From an uncultured Elusimicrobiales bacterium (lineage in GTDB: Bacteria; Elusimicrobiota; Elusimicrobia; Elusimicrobiales; Elusimicrobiaceae): 64,000 bases of DNA. The notes beneath the pieces were generated by a model. That model saw only the letters and a program-made list of their open reading frames with translations, made no database searches and had not been told where the DNA came from. Shown here in pieces: positions 44,847 to 52,953 of the stretch. The translations under genes were made by a program, and so were the position numbers. The stretch is taken from NCBI GenBank assembly GCA_910576915.1, contig CAJTJT010000001.1:148634-212633 (forward strand), written 5' to 3'. The first letter of the stretch is position 1, and each line of letters begins with the position of its first letter.

Positions 44847-46238
44847 ATGAAATCCGGATTTTCGATTAACATTTACGGCCTGATATTTGCCATCATGCTT
44901 GTCATGGCCGCGCTGACGTATCTGCTCCCCGCCGGCCAATATAATACCGTTGAAAAAGACGGACGCACCTATACCGTGGCGGGTTCTTATCACCATGTGG
45001 ACGCCAATCCCCAGGGCCTCGGCGCCGTGCTTACCGCGCCCGCCAAAGGATTTAGGGACTGTGCCGATATTATCGTGTTTATTTTTATTACGGGGGCGGT
45101 ATTTACCATTTTGGAACGTACCGGCACCGTAAACGCCGTTATTTTGGGCACGAGCTATCTGTTTTCCCGCAAAGAAAAACTGAAGAAGTTTTTTATTCCC
45201 GTTTCCATGATTTTGTTCTCGCTGGGCGGGGCGGTGTTTGGCATGGAAGAGGAAACGCTGATTTTTATTCCGCTTTTTATCCCGCTGGCGCTTTCGCTCG
45301 GATATGATACCGCCGTCGGTGTGAGTATCCCTTTCTTGGGCGCCTGGGTGGGGTTTGGCGCGGCGTTTATGAACCCGTTTACGGTGGGGATTTCGCAGGG
45401 AATCGCCCAGCTGCCGCTGTATTCCGGCCTGGGGTACCGCCTGTTTGTATGGGCGTTTTGTACGGCGGTGGTGATTGGGTTTGTGTCGTGGTACGGGGAA
45501 AAAGTGCGTAAAAATCCGCAGGAAAGCATTACGTACGAAGCCGACTTGGAACGCCGTAAAACGCTGCATTTAAACGTGCTCGAAAAGCCCGAATTTAAAA
45601 CTTCCCATATCCTGATTTCCGTCGTGTTTGCGCTTGGGATGGCGGTGCTGGTGTACGGCGTGGCCGTTTTCCACTGGTATATTGTGGAAATTTCCGGCCT
45701 GTTCCTGGGCGTGGGTTTAATCTGCGCCATCATCGGCCGCTTGAAACTCAACCAAACCACTGATGCTATTGTGGACGGCGCGCGCAGTATGGTGAGCGTT
45801 TCCGTCATGCTGGCGTTGGCGCGGGCGATTGTGGTAATCGCTTCCGACGGGCGGATTTTGGATACCGTTTTGCACTCGATTGCGGGCGGTATCGGCCAGC
45901 TTCACCCGTTAATGGCTGCCGAGGGGATGTTTTGGGCTCACTCGTTTATCAACTTTTTTGTGGCGTCCGGCTCCGGCCAGGCCGTGCTGACCATGCCCGT
46001 TATGATTCCGCTTTCGGACTTAATCGGCGTCAGCCCGCAGCTTTCCATTCTTGCCTACCAATTTGGCGAAGGGTGGACGAATGCCGTCATTCCCACCGCT
46101 CCCGTCACCATGGCCGCTATCGGCATGGCGGGTATTCCGTGGCTGAAATGGGCGCGCTGGAACGTGCCGCTTCAAATTGTGCTGGCCGTTTTATCCATGC
46201 TGCTGCTTATTCCGCCGTATCTGCTGAACTGGAAATAA
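44847..46238 (+). CDS. yfcC: YfcC-family (DcuC-like) transporter
   Basis: Strong colinear resemblance to E. coli YfcC: ILFSLGGAVFGMEEE, FMNPFTVGISQGIA, FFVASGSGQAVLTMPVMIPLSDLIGV, LAYQFGEGW. Confidence 0.85.
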   Translation: MKSGFSINIYGLIFAIMLVMAALTYLLPAGQYNTVEKDGRTYTVAGSYHHVDANPQGLGAVLTAPAKGFRDCADIIVFIFITGAVFTILERTGTVNAVILGTSYLFSRKEKLKKFFIPVSMILFSLGGAVFGMEEETLIFIPLFIPLALSLGYDTAVGVSIPFLGAWVGFGAAFMNPFTVGISQGIAQLPLYSGLGYRLFVWAFCTAVVIGFVSWYGEKVRKNPQESITYEADLERRKTLHLNVLEKPEFKTSHILISVVFALGMAVLVYGVAVFHWYIVEISGLFLGVGLICAIIGRLKLNQTTDAIVDGARSMVSVSVMLALARAIVVIASDGRILDTVLHSIAGGIGQLHPLMAAEGMFWAHSFINFFVASGSGQAVLTMPVMIPLSDLIGVSPQLSILAYQFGEGWTNAVIPTAPVTMAAIGMAGIPWLKWARWNVPLQIVLAVLSMLLLIPPYLLNWK

Positions 46239-46256
46239 ACTTCTCTAACCTTAGAG

Positions 46257-46282
46257 GGGCCCCTTTCCGGGGCCCTTTTTTT
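46257..46282 (+). terminator. Terminator after yfcC
   Basis: GGGCCCC/GGGGCCC stem plus a T7 run. Confidence 0.8.
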
Positions 46283-46597
46283 ATGAATAATTCCGCTAAA
46301 ATAGACTTGGAAAACGGGATTTTTTTCCGTGCCGCCCGGCTACAGGTGCGCATAGACGCGTGCCGGGGCGAGCTGTTCTGCGCCGTGCCGGACGCGCGGC
46401 TGCAGGTGATGTTATGCGTATATAATGCGTTTTTTGCGGAAGAAAACCGGCGGTTGTGCGGGGATGACGCGGCGGAGTGGCGGTACTGGTGGATTCTCTA
46501 TAAAAAACAGGCCGCCGCAGACGGGGGGATGCTGCCCGGTGCGGTGTTTCGGCCGGATTTGCGGGCGGAGCTTGCCTGGCTATGTTTTAAAAAATAG
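46283..46597 (+). CDS. Doubtful 104-aa ORF ending exactly at the -35 of the late promoter
   Basis: ATG-to-TAG ORF (MNNSAKIDLENG...) with no SD and no recognisable motif. The region also carries the 12-mers CGGCTACAGGTG and CGGCTGCAGGTG 60 nt apart, so it may be regulatory DNA instead. Confidence 0.25.
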   Translation: MNNSAKIDLENGIFFRAARLQVRIDACRGELFCAVPDARLQVMLCVYNAFFAEENRRLCGDDAAEWRYWWILYKKQAAADGGMLPGAVFRPDLRAELAWLCFKK

Positions 46598-46627
46598 TTG
46601 ACAAATAATTATTTTATATGCTATAAT
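46598..46627 (+). promoter_or_regulatory. Phage promoter P1: TTGACA-N18-(TGc)TATAAT
   Basis: Consensus -35 and -10 with an extended -10. The ~40-nt core is shared with P2 (TTGACAAATAA.TTATTTTAT). Confidence 0.7.
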
Positions 46628-46636
46628 AAATATATA

Positions 46637-46673
46637 ATTACAAAACGCAATTTACGCGCTTTGTAATTTTTTT
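46637..46673 (+). terminator. Terminator-like hairpin immediately downstream of P1
   Basis: ATTACAAAACGC / GCGCTTTGTAAT (11/12 bp) plus a T6 run, starting about 3 nt after the predicted TSS. Confidence 0.5.
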
Positions 46674-46763
46674 ATCCCGCCTTTTTTCTCTCTTTATTTT
46701 CCGAATATATACACGCGTTTAAAGCGCGTTGCCGTTGTTTATACCGTATTCGGAGTTTTATTC

Positions 46764-47213
46764 ATGCCTATTCATAAAAAAACCGCTCTTTCCAAGGCGG
46801 AGGGCTGTGTCGCCAAAAAAGCGCCGCCGCTTCGTTACCGACCGGAATTTTGCGAACGGTTGCTGGCATTCTTTGATGTGCCCGCCTTCCGCGTAACCGA
46901 AGTAATGAAGCGCGACGGGTCCGTTTCCCTGGTGGAAACCGCCGCCGAACTGCCCACGTTCGCGGCATTTGCCAAATCCCTGGGAACAACATGCGCCGTG
47001 CTGGACGAGTGGGAAAAAAAGCATCCCGCTTTCCGGGAAGCGGCCCAAAAAGCGCGCGATTTGCAAAGTAATATCCTCATCCAAAACAGTCTGCGCGGGA
47101 ACTATTCCGCGTCGTTTGCCGTGTTTACGGCAAAAAACCTTTTGGGTTGGCGGGACGGCAAAGACGACCCTTCTTCCGCAGGGCCGCTGGTGGTGCGCTG
47201 GGAGGATAAATGA
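46764..47213 (+). CDS. terS: Terminase small subunit
   Basis: Typical pattern FAAFAKSLGTTCAVLDEWEKKHPAFREAAQKARDL...N...ASFAVFTAKNLLGWRD. A 4-nt ATGA overlap with terL. Confidence 0.7.
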   Translation: MPIHKKTALSKAEGCVAKKAPPLRYRPEFCERLLAFFDVPAFRVTEVMKRDGSVSLVETAAELPTFAAFAKSLGTTCAVLDEWEKKHPAFREAAQKARDLQSNILIQNSLRGNYSASFAVFTAKNLLGWRDGKDDPSSAGPLVVRWEDK

Positions 47214-48520
47214 AGTCTTCTTCCGTTGTGATTCCGTATCACCCCCGCCCGGCGCAGGCACAGATTCACCCTCAGCTGGAAACGCACCGCTTTTGCGTAC
47301 TCGTTACCCACCGCCAGCTGGGCAAGACGGTTTGCGCCGTCAATCATCTGCTGAAAAAAGCGCTTCAAAATACAAAATCCCATCCGCGCTATTTTTATAT
47401 TGCGCCTCTTTTAAAACAGGCCAAAATGATTGCCTGGGATTATTTAAAACGTTTTTCCGCGCCGCTGCCCGGGGTCAGCGTGCACGAGAGCGAACTGTGC
47501 GTCCGTCTGCCCGGCGGTGCGCGTATTTGGGTGACCGGGGCCGACAACCCCGATGCTTTGCGCGGTACGTACGCCGACGGCGTGGTGCTGGACGAATATG
47601 CCCAAATCAAGCCGGACGTATTTACCGAAATCGTCCGACCCATGCTCCTTTCGCGCGAAGGCTGGGCCGTTTTTATGGGCACCCCAAAAGGGCAAAACGC
47701 GTTTTACGAACTTTTCAACCGCGCCCGCAAAGCCGCCCAAACGGAGCCGGGCGTGTGGTGGGTGGGGGTATTCCGTGCCGACGAATCGGGCGTAATCGCT
47801 CCGGCGGAACTGGAACGGCTGCGCCGGGAAACACCGTCCCACGTGTTCCGGCAGGAATATCTGTGCGATTTTACCGCCAGTGCGGAAAATATCTTAATTC
47901 CCATTGACCAAGTGTCCGCCGCCTGTACCCGGCGTTACGCGTCCGGCGAACTGGGCGGCGCGCCGAAAATTATCGGTGTGGACCCGGCCCGCTTTGGCGA
48001 CGATCGGAGCGTTATTTTTATGCGCCGCGGACTGCAGGCCTATCCGCCGCTGGTGTTTGCCAAAATGGACAACATGGCTTTGGCCGCCGCGGTGGCGGGG
48101 CAGATTGAATCGTTCCGGCCCGATGCGGTATTTGTCGACGCCGGATGCGGGGGCGGCGTAATCGACCGTTTGCGCCAGCTGGGGTTTAGCGTAACGGAAG
48201 TTCCGTTCGGCGGGGCGCCTTCCCGCCCGGGCCAGTACGCCAATAAACGCGCCGAAATGTGGGGGGAAATGGCCCGCTGGATTACCGCCGGCGGCGCGCT
48301 GCCGGATGACGGCGCGCTGAAAGCCGATTTGTGCCAGGTGTGCTATGATTACGACGCCGTCGGCCGCTTGCGCCTGGAACCCAAAGAGAAAATAAAAGAA
48401 CGGTGCGGCAAAAGCCCGGATTTGGCCGATGCGCTCGCGCTTACGTTTGCGTCGCCCGTCCGTCCGCGCGCTTTAGGCGGCCGCGGCGAATTTGCCCGTA
48501 GCGATTACGAGGTAATATAG
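47210..48520 (+). CDS. terL: Terminase large subunit
   Basis: Walker A-like VTHRQLGKT, Walker B VVLDEYA, and the nuclease-domain motif IGVDPARFGDDRSV. Confidence 0.8.
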   Translation: MKSSSVVIPYHPRPAQAQIHPQLETHRFCVLVTHRQLGKTVCAVNHLLKKALQNTKSHPRYFYIAPLLKQAKMIAWDYLKRFSAPLPGVSVHESELCVRLPGGARIWVTGADNPDALRGTYADGVVLDEYAQIKPDVFTEIVRPMLLSREGWAVFMGTPKGQNAFYELFNRARKAAQTEPGVWWVGVFRADESGVIAPAELERLRRETPSHVFRQEYLCDFTASAENILIPIDQVSAACTRRYASGELGGAPKIIGVDPARFGDDRSVIFMRRGLQAYPPLVFAKMDNMALAAAVAGQIESFRPDAVFVDAGCGGGVIDRLRQLGFSVTEVPFGGAPSRPGQYANKRAEMWGEMARWITAGGALPDDGALKADLCQVCYDYDAVGRLRLEPKEKIKERCGKSPDLADALALTFASPVRPRALGGRGEFARSDYEVI

Positions 48521-48521
48521 G

Positions 48522-48563
48522 CCTTTTGGTCCCCAAAACGGGACCAAAGGACCCTGTTTTTTT
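48522..48563 (+). terminator. Terminator after terL
   Basis: CCTTTTGGTCCC/GGGACCAAAGG stem, with a T7 run shortly after. Confidence 0.65.
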
Positions 48564-48613
48564 CCGTTTTAAAACGCTACCATACGGATATACCGTGTAA
48601 AGGAGTTTTTCGT

Positions 48614-49729
48614 ATGAAGAAGCGTTTGGGTATGGCCGTTTTGGTTTTGTTGCTGGCGTGTTCGTGGGCGCAGGCGCAAAAGAATGTAATCAAACTGGGG
48701 CGGAATGTGTCCCGCGGCGTGGCGCGCGCCACGGAACAACAGTTTTTAAAATCGGTTCCCGCCCGTACGCTTTCCCTATACGGGCCCGAACTGCGCGCGC
48801 TGGTAGCTTTCAACCGCTTACCGGCAAACGCCTTCCCGAAACTGGCCCGCCGGAACGATTTATTAACGCATCAGGCAGTGAATTTGTTTGTGGCGCAGGA
48901 AAAATTATTTTTGGAACAAGCTCCTTTGTTGGTGGAAAAGATTGAAAGCCGCGTATACAACCGCGTGCCTTATGCAGCGTTACTGCCGAAAGATGCGGAA
49001 GTGCTGTATATCGGCGAGATTCACGGCGTACCGCGCGTGCAGCAGGAAATTGTTACGTTGGTGAAATCGCTTCGGACCGTATATCCCGGCCGGAACATTT
49101 ACTTGGCCGCCGAAGGGGTGCCCGCCGCGTTTGATTTGGACTACTCGACCGACGATTTGATTCATACCCGAGAAGCCCTCCTGGAACGCTTGCACGAAGC
49201 CGCCGAACTGGCGGATATGGAGATGACCGAACTGCTAGCCTCCTCCTCCGTGGTGCTGGCGGCGGTGGAAGCCGGTATTCCCGTTTTGGGGCTTGAAAGC
49301 GAAGGGGCTCTTTGCCGGCTGGCTACCCCCAAAGGGCGCGAAATGCCTACCGAAGAAGAATACCAGCAGGTGGTAACGTCTTTGGCGGGGATGGAATTCC
49401 GCAACCGGGGTTTTGCCAAAGGTATTAACGTGTTGCGCAAGGCGGACCCGGACGCGCTGATTGTGGTGTATGGCGGCATTGACCATTTGGCTTATCACCA
49501 GCTTTCTTCCGTGCCCGCGCTGGTGGGCGGAAAATCTTTTGTCGTACAGGTGACGGTTCCCGCCGCGCTGGCCGAATCGAACCTGTTGTTTCGGTATTTT
49601 AAAGAGCCGGAAGATATCCGCCGCGCGTTTAAGGCGTCGCCCGACGCCAAACTGGCCGAATACTGGAAAGAACCTACCTCTTTTAACCAACTGCTCGGTA
49701 ACGATTTGACCGTTATTGTACACGAATAA
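48614..49729 (+). CDS. Secreted ChaN/Tiki/TraB-superfamily-like protein (cargo gene)
   Basis: Signal peptide. VLYIGEIHGVPRVQQE and YGGIDHLAY motifs. Has its own RBS and terminator. Confidence 0.45.
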   Translation: MKKRLGMAVLVLLLACSWAQAQKNVIKLGRNVSRGVARATEQQFLKSVPARTLSLYGPELRALVAFNRLPANAFPKLARRNDLLTHQAVNLFVAQEKLFLEQAPLLVEKIESRVYNRVPYAALLPKDAEVLYIGEIHGVPRVQQEIVTLVKSLRTVYPGRNIYLAAEGVPAAFDLDYSTDDLIHTREALLERLHEAAELADMEMTELLASSSVVLAAVEAGIPVLGLESEGALCRLATPKGREMPTEEEYQQVVTSLAGMEFRNRGFAKGINVLRKADPDALIVVYGGIDHLAYHQLSSVPALVGGKSFVVQVTVPAALAESNLLFRYFKEPEDIRRAFKASPDAKLAEYWKEPTSFNQLLGNDLTVIVHE

Positions 49730-49754
49730 CTTACCCGTTTGTTTGCATCTTACG

Positions 49755-49786
49755 TGCGCCCCGGGTAAAACCGGGGCGCGTTTATT
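49755..49786 (+). terminator. Terminator after the ChaN-like gene
   Basis: GCGCCCCGG/CCGGGGCGC stem followed by GTTTATTT. Confidence 0.65.
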
Positions 49787-49869
49787 TCCGCCGTCCGTTT
49801 TATAATTTTTTGTTGCTTAAAATTCAAAATTCCGCATACGCTTTTTTTCGTCGGAAAATTAAAAAATGC

Positions 49870-49899
49870 TTGACAAATAAATTTATTTTATGATATAAT
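49870..49899 (+). promoter_or_regulatory. Phage promoter P2: TTGACA-N18-(TGa)TATAAT
   Basis: Paralog of P1. Its transcript would run about 415 nt before reaching the portal start codon. Confidence 0.7.
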
Positions 49900-50059
49900 T
49901 AAAAAATAGAAACACTCCTCACGCAGTACCTTTTATTCCTTTCTTAATTTTCTTTTATTTCCCGTTTTGCAAGCGAATTTTTCGTCGGCGTTTTTATCTT
50001 TTTATATAACTGCATAAAAAAAGCCGCCTCTTGCGAAGCGGCTTCTTAAAATTACTTCT

Positions 50060-50242
50060 CTACCCGGCCGGCGTAAATGCCGGAACCGCCACCAAAATAC
50101 CTATCAAAAGTACCGTCAGCAGAATAGCCAGCGTCAGTGCCGATTTTTTACTCCCCTGCGGAAACACCTTGCGGGTAATAATATAAAACCCCGGAACCGC
50201 CAACAGTACTACAAAAAATAAAATCACAATTACGCTTATCAT
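50060..50242 (-). CDS. Small two-TM membrane protein (60 aa), holin-sized
   Basis: Strong AAGGAGGG RBS, two hydrophobic helices, and its own minus-strand terminator (50017-50045). It lies antisense inside the P2-portal leader. Confidence 0.6.
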   Translation of the reverse strand: MISVIVILFFVVLLAVPGFYIITRKVFPQGSKKSALTLAILLTVLLIGILVAVPAFTPAG

Positions 50243-50314
50243 AATTACCCTCCTTTCTTATATCCTACCGTTTTTTGCTCCTTATACCGCTTCTCTTTTG
50301 CATTAGACCGTTTT

Positions 50315-51829
50315 ATGAAACAAAACCACACCGATTATATGCGTCTTTACGACGAAATGAAAAACGAGCGCGCCACCTGGCTGCCCGTTTGGAAAGACCT
50401 CAGCGCTTATCTGGCGCCCACGCGCGGATTTTTTGACGGGCAAACGCCCAATCACGGCCGCCGCGTCGACCACAAAACCCTCCTGGATTCGGACCCGTGC
50501 CTGGCCGTGGAAGTGCTGTGCGCGGGGATGATGTCCGGCCTGACGAGCCCTTCGCGCGGCTGGTTTGATTTGTCCCTCTCGCCCGAAGAACTGATGGAAC
50601 TGCCCGGCGCGCGGGAATGGGTGTTCGATGTAAAAAAACGGTTGGAAGACGTGTTCGCCAAAAGCAACGTATACGGCGTTTTGCACGGGTTTTATCAGGA
50701 AATTGCCGTATTCGGCACCGCCGCGTTTTTGTTGGAAGAAGACCGCGAAAAAGGCATCCGCTGCCGTCCGTTTACCATCGGGGAATACTGTTTGGGTACG
50801 GACGCCGCAGGCCGCGTAAACCGCTTCGGCCGCGAGTTTTTTATGACGGCCGAACAATTAAAAGAAACGTTCGGCGAAAGCGTCCTTCCGCCCGCCGTGC
50901 GCCGTGCGTGCGAATCCGGCCAAATGGGTACGTGGCATAAAGTGTTCCACCTGATTATGCCCAACCCGGTCCACGACCCTGCCAAACGGGATAACCGCCA
51001 TATGCCTTTTACCAGCGTTCATTTTATGGAAGGGGGACATATTCTGCGCCAAAGCGGCTACAGAGAGTTCCCCGTTATCGCCGCGCGCTGGGAAGTGAAA
51101 AACGCTTCCGACTCCTACGGACGCGGACCCGGCTGGAAGTGCCTGGGCGATGTGAAAATGCTTCAAAAAATGCAGAAAACGAAACTCGTCGCGCTCGACA
51201 AAAGCACCAACCCGCCGATGATGGTTTCTTCCGGCGTGCAGGGCGAAGTAAACCTGCTGCCCGGCGGTATCACCCGCTATAACGGCACGACGGACGCCGC
51301 CGTAAAGCCCGCCTATCTCGTCCAGCCGGATTTGAACGCGCTGGAAGCGTCCATCGCGCAGGTGCGTTCCACCATCCGCGCCCAGTTTTTTGCCGATGTG
51401 TTTCTCTCGCTCTCCGGCCAAAATTATGCCAATATGACCGCCGCCGAAGTGGCCGAACGCCGCCAGGAAAAAATGCTGGTGCTGGGGCCCGTGCTCGAGC
51501 GGCTTAAAAATGAACTGCTGGACCCGCTGATCGACCGCGCGTTTAACTTGCTGGCACGCCAGGGCCTCTTGCCGCCCGCGCCGCAAAGCGTGCAGGGGCT
51601 GGAAATGAAAGTGGAATACGTATCCATGATTGCGCAGGCGCAAAAGGCCGCCGGGCTTTCCGCCTTAACCCAGGGGTTAGCCTATGCTGCCAACATGGCT
51701 TCCGTACGGCCCGAGGTGCTCGAACGCGTGGATTACGACTGCGCCCTCGAAGAAGGCTTAAAAGCGCTTGGCGTGGCTCCCGCCCTGTTAAAAAGCGCGG
51801 AAGAAACGGGTAAGCAGGAGCCGGTTTAG
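50315..51829 (+). CDS. Phage portal (head-to-tail connector) protein
   Basis: Size and position after terL and before scaffold/capsid. The N-terminal pattern ...ERATWLPVWKDLSAYLAPTRG resembles podoviral connector proteins (from recollection). Confidence 0.65.
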   Translation: MKQNHTDYMRLYDEMKNERATWLPVWKDLSAYLAPTRGFFDGQTPNHGRRVDHKTLLDSDPCLAVEVLCAGMMSGLTSPSRGWFDLSLSPEELMELPGAREWVFDVKKRLEDVFAKSNVYGVLHGFYQEIAVFGTAAFLLEEDREKGIRCRPFTIGEYCLGTDAAGRVNRFGREFFMTAEQLKETFGESVLPPAVRRACESGQMGTWHKVFHLIMPNPVHDPAKRDNRHMPFTSVHFMEGGHILRQSGYREFPVIAARWEVKNASDSYGRGPGWKCLGDVKMLQKMQKTKLVALDKSTNPPMMVSSGVQGEVNLLPGGITRYNGTTDAAVKPAYLVQPDLNALEASIAQVRSTIRAQFFADVFLSLSGQNYANMTAAEVAERRQEKMLVLGPVLERLKNELLDPLIDRAFNLLARQGLLPPAPQSVQGLEMKVEYVSMIAQAQKAAGLSALTQGLAYAANMASVRPEVLERVDYDCALEEGLKALGVAPALLKSAEETGKQEPV

Positions 51830-51949
51830 GGAAATAAAGAGAACAAGCCCGCGTGCGGACGCGTCCTTATAAGCGTTACGGTCCGGCGCGGCGGCGGGGA
51901 AGAATCTTCCGGCGGAGTCTTCTCCGTTTAAAACAACAAAAGCAAAAGG

Positions 51950-51989
51950 GCCGGGGCAGGCGTCTAAAATTACCGAACGCTGCCCCGGC
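51950..51989 (+). other. Perfect 10-bp GC-rich hairpin in the portal-downstream gap
   Basis: GCCGGGGCAG ... CTGCCCCGGC with a 20-nt loop. Confidence 0.6.
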
Positions 51990-52036
51990 GGGAGAGCGGA
52001 ACGGGGCCGGAACCGGGCCGCTTTCCAATATAATTT

Positions 52037-52345
52037 ATGAATGAAAAACAACTCCACAAACGAAACGCCTGCGATTTGCAGGCCGTCTTAAAAACCGTAC
52101 AGGGCCGCCGCGTATTATGGCGTTTGCTGCAGGCCTGCCAGGTGCGCCGCCACGCTTTTGTGCCCGGCGACGCATACGCCACCGCGTTCCAGTGCGGGCA
52201 GCAGAGCATCGGTTTTTTGCTGCTGTCGGAAATAGAAGACGCCGCCCCCGGCGCCTACGCGCAGATGCGGGGGGAATATCTGTCGGAAATTACGTCCCGG
52301 CAGAACGAAATCAACCGTAAAAACGAGGAGAATACCCATGAGTGA
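52037..52345 (+). CDS. Small phage protein between portal and scaffold (Bbp19-like position)
   Basis: 102-aa ORF with an 8-nt overlap with the scaffold gene. The family assignment is from recollection only. Confidence 0.45.
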   Translation: MNEKQLHKRNACDLQAVLKTVQGRRVLWRLLQACQVRRHAFVPGDAYATAFQCGQQSIGFLLLSEIEDAAPGAYAQMRGEYLSEITSRQNEINRKNEENTHE

Positions 52346-52940
52346 CGCCGTACAACCCGTGCAGGAAACTGCCGAAAACACCCTTTTAAACGCCCCGTCC
52401 GCCCCGGCGCAAACCGCCGGAGAGGAGAGTTCCCCGATTGCACCAACGGGAAATCAACCGCAAATGCGGACGGATCCCCGCCAAGACCCGCCGTCTTACG
52501 ACGGCCTGACCCCGCCCGAAGGGGTTTCTTTCGAGCCCGAAACGCTGGAAGCGTTTAAAACACTGGCGCGCGAAATTAACCTAACGGAGGAACAGGCCCA
52601 AAAGCTGGTGGAGTATGAAGGCTCCCTTGCCGCCCGCGGCCAAGCGGACGCGCAGGAAGAAAAACGCCAAACGCTGGAACGCTGGGCGCAGCAAACCCGT
52701 ACGTTATATGGGGCGAAACTGGAGGAGGAACTCTCGTTCGCGCTGCGTGCCGCGGATACGTTCGGCGGCCCGGACTTCCGCGCCCTTTTGGAAGACACGG
52801 GGCTTGGCAACCATCCCGTTATCATCCGTACGTTAAGCGGAGTGGGCAGAGCAATCGGCGAGGACGCGTTCCCCGGCGGCAAACCCGCCGCCCCCAGGGA
52901 CAAAACCTTCGCCGAAGCGTTGTACGGAAAAACCAATTAA
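52338..52940 (+). CDS. Scaffolding protein
   Basis: Position directly before the capsid gene. Acidic, helical, E/A/Q-rich composition. GAGGAG RBS. Confidence 0.6.
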   Translation: MSDAVQPVQETAENTLLNAPSAPAQTAGEESSPIAPTGNQPQMRTDPRQDPPSYDGLTPPEGVSFEPETLEAFKTLAREINLTEEQAQKLVEYEGSLAARGQADAQEEKRQTLERWAQQTRTLYGAKLEEELSFALRAADTFGGPDFRALLEDTGLGNHPVIIRTLSGVGRAIGEDAFPGGKPAAPRDKTFAEALYGKTN

Positions 52941-52953
52941 TTAAGGAGAATAT

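Noticed and set aside
44766-45808. 267-aa and 217-aa minus-strand ORFs
   Set aside because: They are antisense to the yfcC transporter, which shows strong colinear similarity to E. coli YfcC. The shadow frames are Arg/Gly/His-rich with no motifs.
46969-47907. 312-aa plus-strand ORF spanning terS/terL
   Set aside because: It is out of frame with two genes that carry terminase motifs. It is Arg/Pro/Gly-rich with no start context.
50303-51643. 184-aa and 261-aa minus-strand ORFs
   Set aside because: They are antisense to the portal gene, with Arg/His/Gly-rich shadow-frame composition. They would break the colinear phage operon.
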